Source: Macrostomum lignano (Eukaryota). Taken from it: a stretch of 64,000 nucleotides of DNA. The notes beneath the pieces were generated by a model, which did not search any database, was not told the origin of the DNA, and saw nothing but the letters and a program-made list of their open reading frames with translations. Below, in pieces: positions 60,446 to 64,000 of this stretch (position 1 is the first letter of the stretch; each line of letters opens with the position of its first letter). Made by a program: the position numbers and the translations under genes. The stretch covers positions 496,001 to 560,000 of the forward strand of contig NIVC01000068.1 in assembly GCA_002269645.1 (NCBI GenBank), given 5' to 3'.

Positions 60446-61252
60446 TTTTTTTGCTGCCTAGTTGGTACTGCAAGCTTTCAATCCAATCATAGATACGGAA
60501 ATCAGATATCCAGTGCTATAACACAAGTCGTTTACTTATCGTTGAGAAAAACTGAAAACAGAATTTGACACAATTAAACAAATAAACACTTTAGCGCTGG
60601 ATATCATCGAGTCAAAAAATGGTTAGATTGACTGGCTGTCCGGCGATGCAGGCTGGAATAAACCTCAGCATAAACTTCCCTGGAATAAACCTCAGCATAA
60701 ACCTCCCTGGAATAAACCTCAGCATAAACTTCCCTGGAATAAACCTCAGCATAAACTTCCCTGGAATAAACCTCAGCATAAACCTCCCTGGAATAAACCT
60801 CAGCATAAACCTCCCTGGAATAAACTTCAGCATAAACCTCCCTGGAATAAACTTCAGCATAAACTTCCCTGGAATAAACTTCAGCGGACTATCGCTGCGC
60901 CCTAAAGCGGTGACAATCAGAGCGTACTTCTTATCGCTAATCTTTTTGTACTGACCTGCGGTGTACTTGGGCTGCCTGGTCGATGTCGTTATTTGCAGTT
61001 CTAAAACTCCACTCACTGTCATCCTCTTCGAGTAGCTCGTCCGGATTACTCATTAAAACAAGCCAGTTAAAAACAAGTTAAGATGACAGTGAAAATGTGC
61101 CTTGAAAACATGGAATGATCAAATTGATGCCCCCAGAATTAAACTGAACTCCGCTATGCCAACGAGTGTCGATCATAGACAGTCTCGCAAGTCTGATTTC
61201 CGTATCTATGATCAAACTGAAAGCCTGCAGTACCAACTAGGCCGCAAAAAGG
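60446..61252. mobile_element. MITE-like non-autonomous DNA transposon, about 60-bp imperfect TIRs, with an internal 27-nt array
   Basis: 60446-60506 is an imperfect reverse complement of 61192-61252 (shared GCCTAGTTGGTACTGCA..GCTTTCA..TCATAGATACGGAAATCAGA). AATAGTC lies at 60439-60445 and 61253-61259 (candidate TSD). Confidence 0.65.
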
Positions 61253-61506
61253 AATAGTCACCACGTACTGCTCTCTGTTGAGTAATAAAAAATCCAACTA
61301 TTAATTTGATTTATATCGATTCATTGAGTCTATGGGTGGATGTGCGTGTGTGTGTATCCATCAGACTTGGCGCTGACACAATTTTTAAGCGCGCAATGTT
61401 GTCAACTTGATATTATTTGATCAGAGAGGGTTTGGGCCATAGATTATAGCATAGTAAATGGCTAATATACTAGGCTAATGGGAGCTAGTGTATTTGAATA
61501 GACATA

Positions 61507-61699
61507 GGGCCGTATGCAGAAAGCTCTGTCTAGGGTAGTCCGGTCTTGAAAAGCTAGTATAGACTTGGATTTGGTATGCAGAAGCACAAAGTTAGACCAG
61601 TCTACTATAGCAGAACTAGGCTAGCTAGACCATAGACTATAGACTGAACTACCCAAGTCCGGACTAGCTAGTCTGGACTAGGCTTTCTGCATACGGCCC
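61507..61699. mobile_element. 193-bp MITE with perfect 18-bp TIRs
   Basis: GGGCCGTATGCAGAAAGC (61507-61524) and GCTTTCTGCATACGGCCC (61682-61699); ATA directly flanks both ends. Confidence 0.7.
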
Positions 61700-62397
61700 A
61701 TAGTCTTTTAGTATATCTCTAGAGAACCTGCTATGGTCTATGGTCCAAACCGATTCAAGGTTGTGTTAACTGCCAAGCTCTAGAATTTAGTCGATGGGAG
61801 GCATAGCCATCCATAATGACATTTTTTGCGCGACCCGAAGTCAAATACACGCATTTGACTGGTATTAGTAGTATGATGATAACTATCAGGCAGTATTATA
61901 TAGGTATACCCATTATATAGGAGCCCGTAAATGGGCCGTACGTCTAACAAACCTTTTCTTACTTTTTCTTACTACTCTAATTTAAGTAGCGCAGTTAATA
62001 AATTATTCGTATATTGTATTGTGAAACGTATTTTTAATCACGTGACATTTTGGCGGTTGAATTTATCGATCGTGTAACAATTTACTGTTAAATATCAAAT
62101 ATAAGCGCGGGTTGCCCTAAGTGGAGCTCGCACTTTTTTTCCGGCAAAAAGTCTTACCTGCCACGTGCTCGTGTTTCCTGTGTTAGTCTGTTGAGACACC
62201 ACACTGCCAACACTTTGGCAGCAATGTCTCTGGCAGCAATTTTTCATAGACATTCATACCTCAATCTAGTCGGTAATTCCGATTCTAAACGTTTAGTCAA
62301 TTATTTAGGCTCTGGATGGGGCTTAATATACTATATATTGGGTGGCACGCTGTAATTCTCCGGGAATCTTCATCCAAGTCTTGAGCAGGTGGGCGGA

Positions 62398-63300
62398 TAG
62401 GACAGGCACTATAGGACAGGCACTATAGGACAGGAAATGCAGGACAGGCACTATAGGACAGGAAATGTAGGACAGGCACTATAGGACAGGCACTATAGGA
62501 CAGGAAATGTAGAACAGGCACTATAGGACAGGAAATGTAGGACAGGCATTATAGGACAGGAAATGTAGGACAGGCATTATAGGACAGGAAATGTAGGACA
62601 GGCATTATAGGACAGGAAATGTAGGACAGGCACTATAGGACAGAAAATGTAGGACAGGCACTATAGGACAGGAAATGTAGGACAGGCACTATAGGACAGG
62701 AAATGTAGGACAGGCACTATAGGACAGGAAATGTAGGACAGGCACTATAGGACAGGCACTATAGGACAGGCACTATAGGACAGGCACTATAGGACAGGAA
62801 ATGTAGAACAGGCACTATAGGACAGGCACTATAGGACAGGCACTATAGGACAGGAAATGTAGAACAGGCACTATAGGACAGGCACTATAGGACAGGCACT
62901 ATAGGACAGGCACTATAGGACAGGCACTATAGGACAGGCACTATAGGACAGGAAATGTAGAACAGGCACTATAGGACAGGCACTATAGGACAGGCACTAT
63001 AGGACAGGAAATGTAGAACAGGCACTAAAGGACAGGCACTATGGGACAGGAAATGCAGGACAGGCACTATAGGACAGGAAATGTAGGACAGGCACTATAG
63101 GACAGGAAATGTAGGACAGGCACTATAGGACAGGCACTATGGGACAGGAAATACAGGACAGGCACTATGGGACAGGCACCATGGGACAGGAAATGTAGAA
63201 CAGGCACTATAGGACAGGCACTATGGGACAGGAAATGTAGGACAGGCACTATAGGACAGGCACTATAGGACAGGCACTATGGGACAGGCACTATGGGACA
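62398..63300. repeat. Two-variant 14-nt array GGACAGGCACTATA / GGACAGGAAATGTA
   Basis: Direct inspection. Confidence 0.95.
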
Positions 63301-63461
63301 AAATTCTTCAAAAGCTTTTCTAAATCTGCAACAAGTTTCATTTCGGCACCAACCAAGAGCGCCATGTTTATTCCTCTGAACCCTCAGCACGTCCTCACTT
63401 TGCACTTCCTAGGAACAGCGCTCATGCAGGATGTACAGTGACCATGACTTTTCCTATGTGA

Positions 63462-63540
63462 AGGGGGTCAACCATGGAATTGAACTCAGGTACCCCCAGG
63501 GAGCGGGTATCAGACGCCTTACCTACGTACTTACCTATGC
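63462..63540 (-). mobile_element. Possible tRNA-derived SINE head (degenerate)
   Basis: Minus strand GGTAAGGCGTCTGA (D-arm/A-box-like) followed by CCTGAGTTCAATTCC (B-box-like). It does not form a full cloverleaf. Confidence 0.3.
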
Positions 63541-64000
63541 ACTAGATTTCATCATTCTCAGCCGTCACTTATGCTGACATGCATTTTCGAAATGTGTTTC
63601 ACTGATCAAACGCGTAACTACCAAAATATTCGAATCCAAAAGAGCTTTCACAAATCAATATTTCCAGCATTTTAAACATAGTACCTTTGAAAATAGCACT
63701 AGCTAGATAGATCTTATTTAGAAACTATATTGATATATGTATGCACCAATGCGGTAAAAAGATATAAATTAACTAGTTCCTCAACAACAGAGATGTAAAA
63801 TCAAAATAATCAGACAAAATCAGTGTAGTTCTACTCATTAAACAGTAGTCAGTATTGCTTTTGTCATGTGAAGTTAGAAAACTGTCATCCAAAGTTGAAA
63901 GCCTACAGAACAAAGGTACTTTGGGCCATAAATCATCATCAGTCGATGAAGTTTCGGTCTTATGTGAATATTGAGTTTGCGGCGTTGTGAAATCACCATC

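Overview
Eukaryotic (animal) genomic DNA. The GC-rich exons and minisatellite-filled introns suggest a free-living flatworm such as Macrostomum lignano (inference only). Roughly 40% of the window, by my tally of array spans, is short-unit tandem arrays, and most long ORFs in the track are artefacts of them. I reconstructed five spliced host genes by hand from GT-AG boundaries and phase continuity: a 5'-incomplete metabotropic glutamate-type class C GPCR (+, 4301-13545), a Gq-type rhabdomeric opsin (-, 16587-20376), a TCAF/FAM115 M60-like peptidase (+, 23950-29479), a damaged calcineurin B (+, 34920-35958) and a five-CUB SOL-1-like protein (-, 38429-55384). There is also an Ngaro/DIRS-type tyrosine-recombinase retrotransposon (-, 31062-34547), two MITE-like elements and several transposon relics. 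Four observations stand out. (1) The retrotransposon has a complete -1 ribosomal frameshift cassette at its gag/pol junction: A_AAA_AAC, an 8-nt spacer and a 15-bp stem. (2) Nearly every intron carries its own tandem array, and in one SOL-1-like intron the array is a 12-fold amplification of the 3' splice site itself. (3) The mGluR-like receptor has Leu at the Lys409-equivalent position that binds glutamate's distal carboxylate. (4) It also has an unannotated terminal exon ending in a PDZ ligand.
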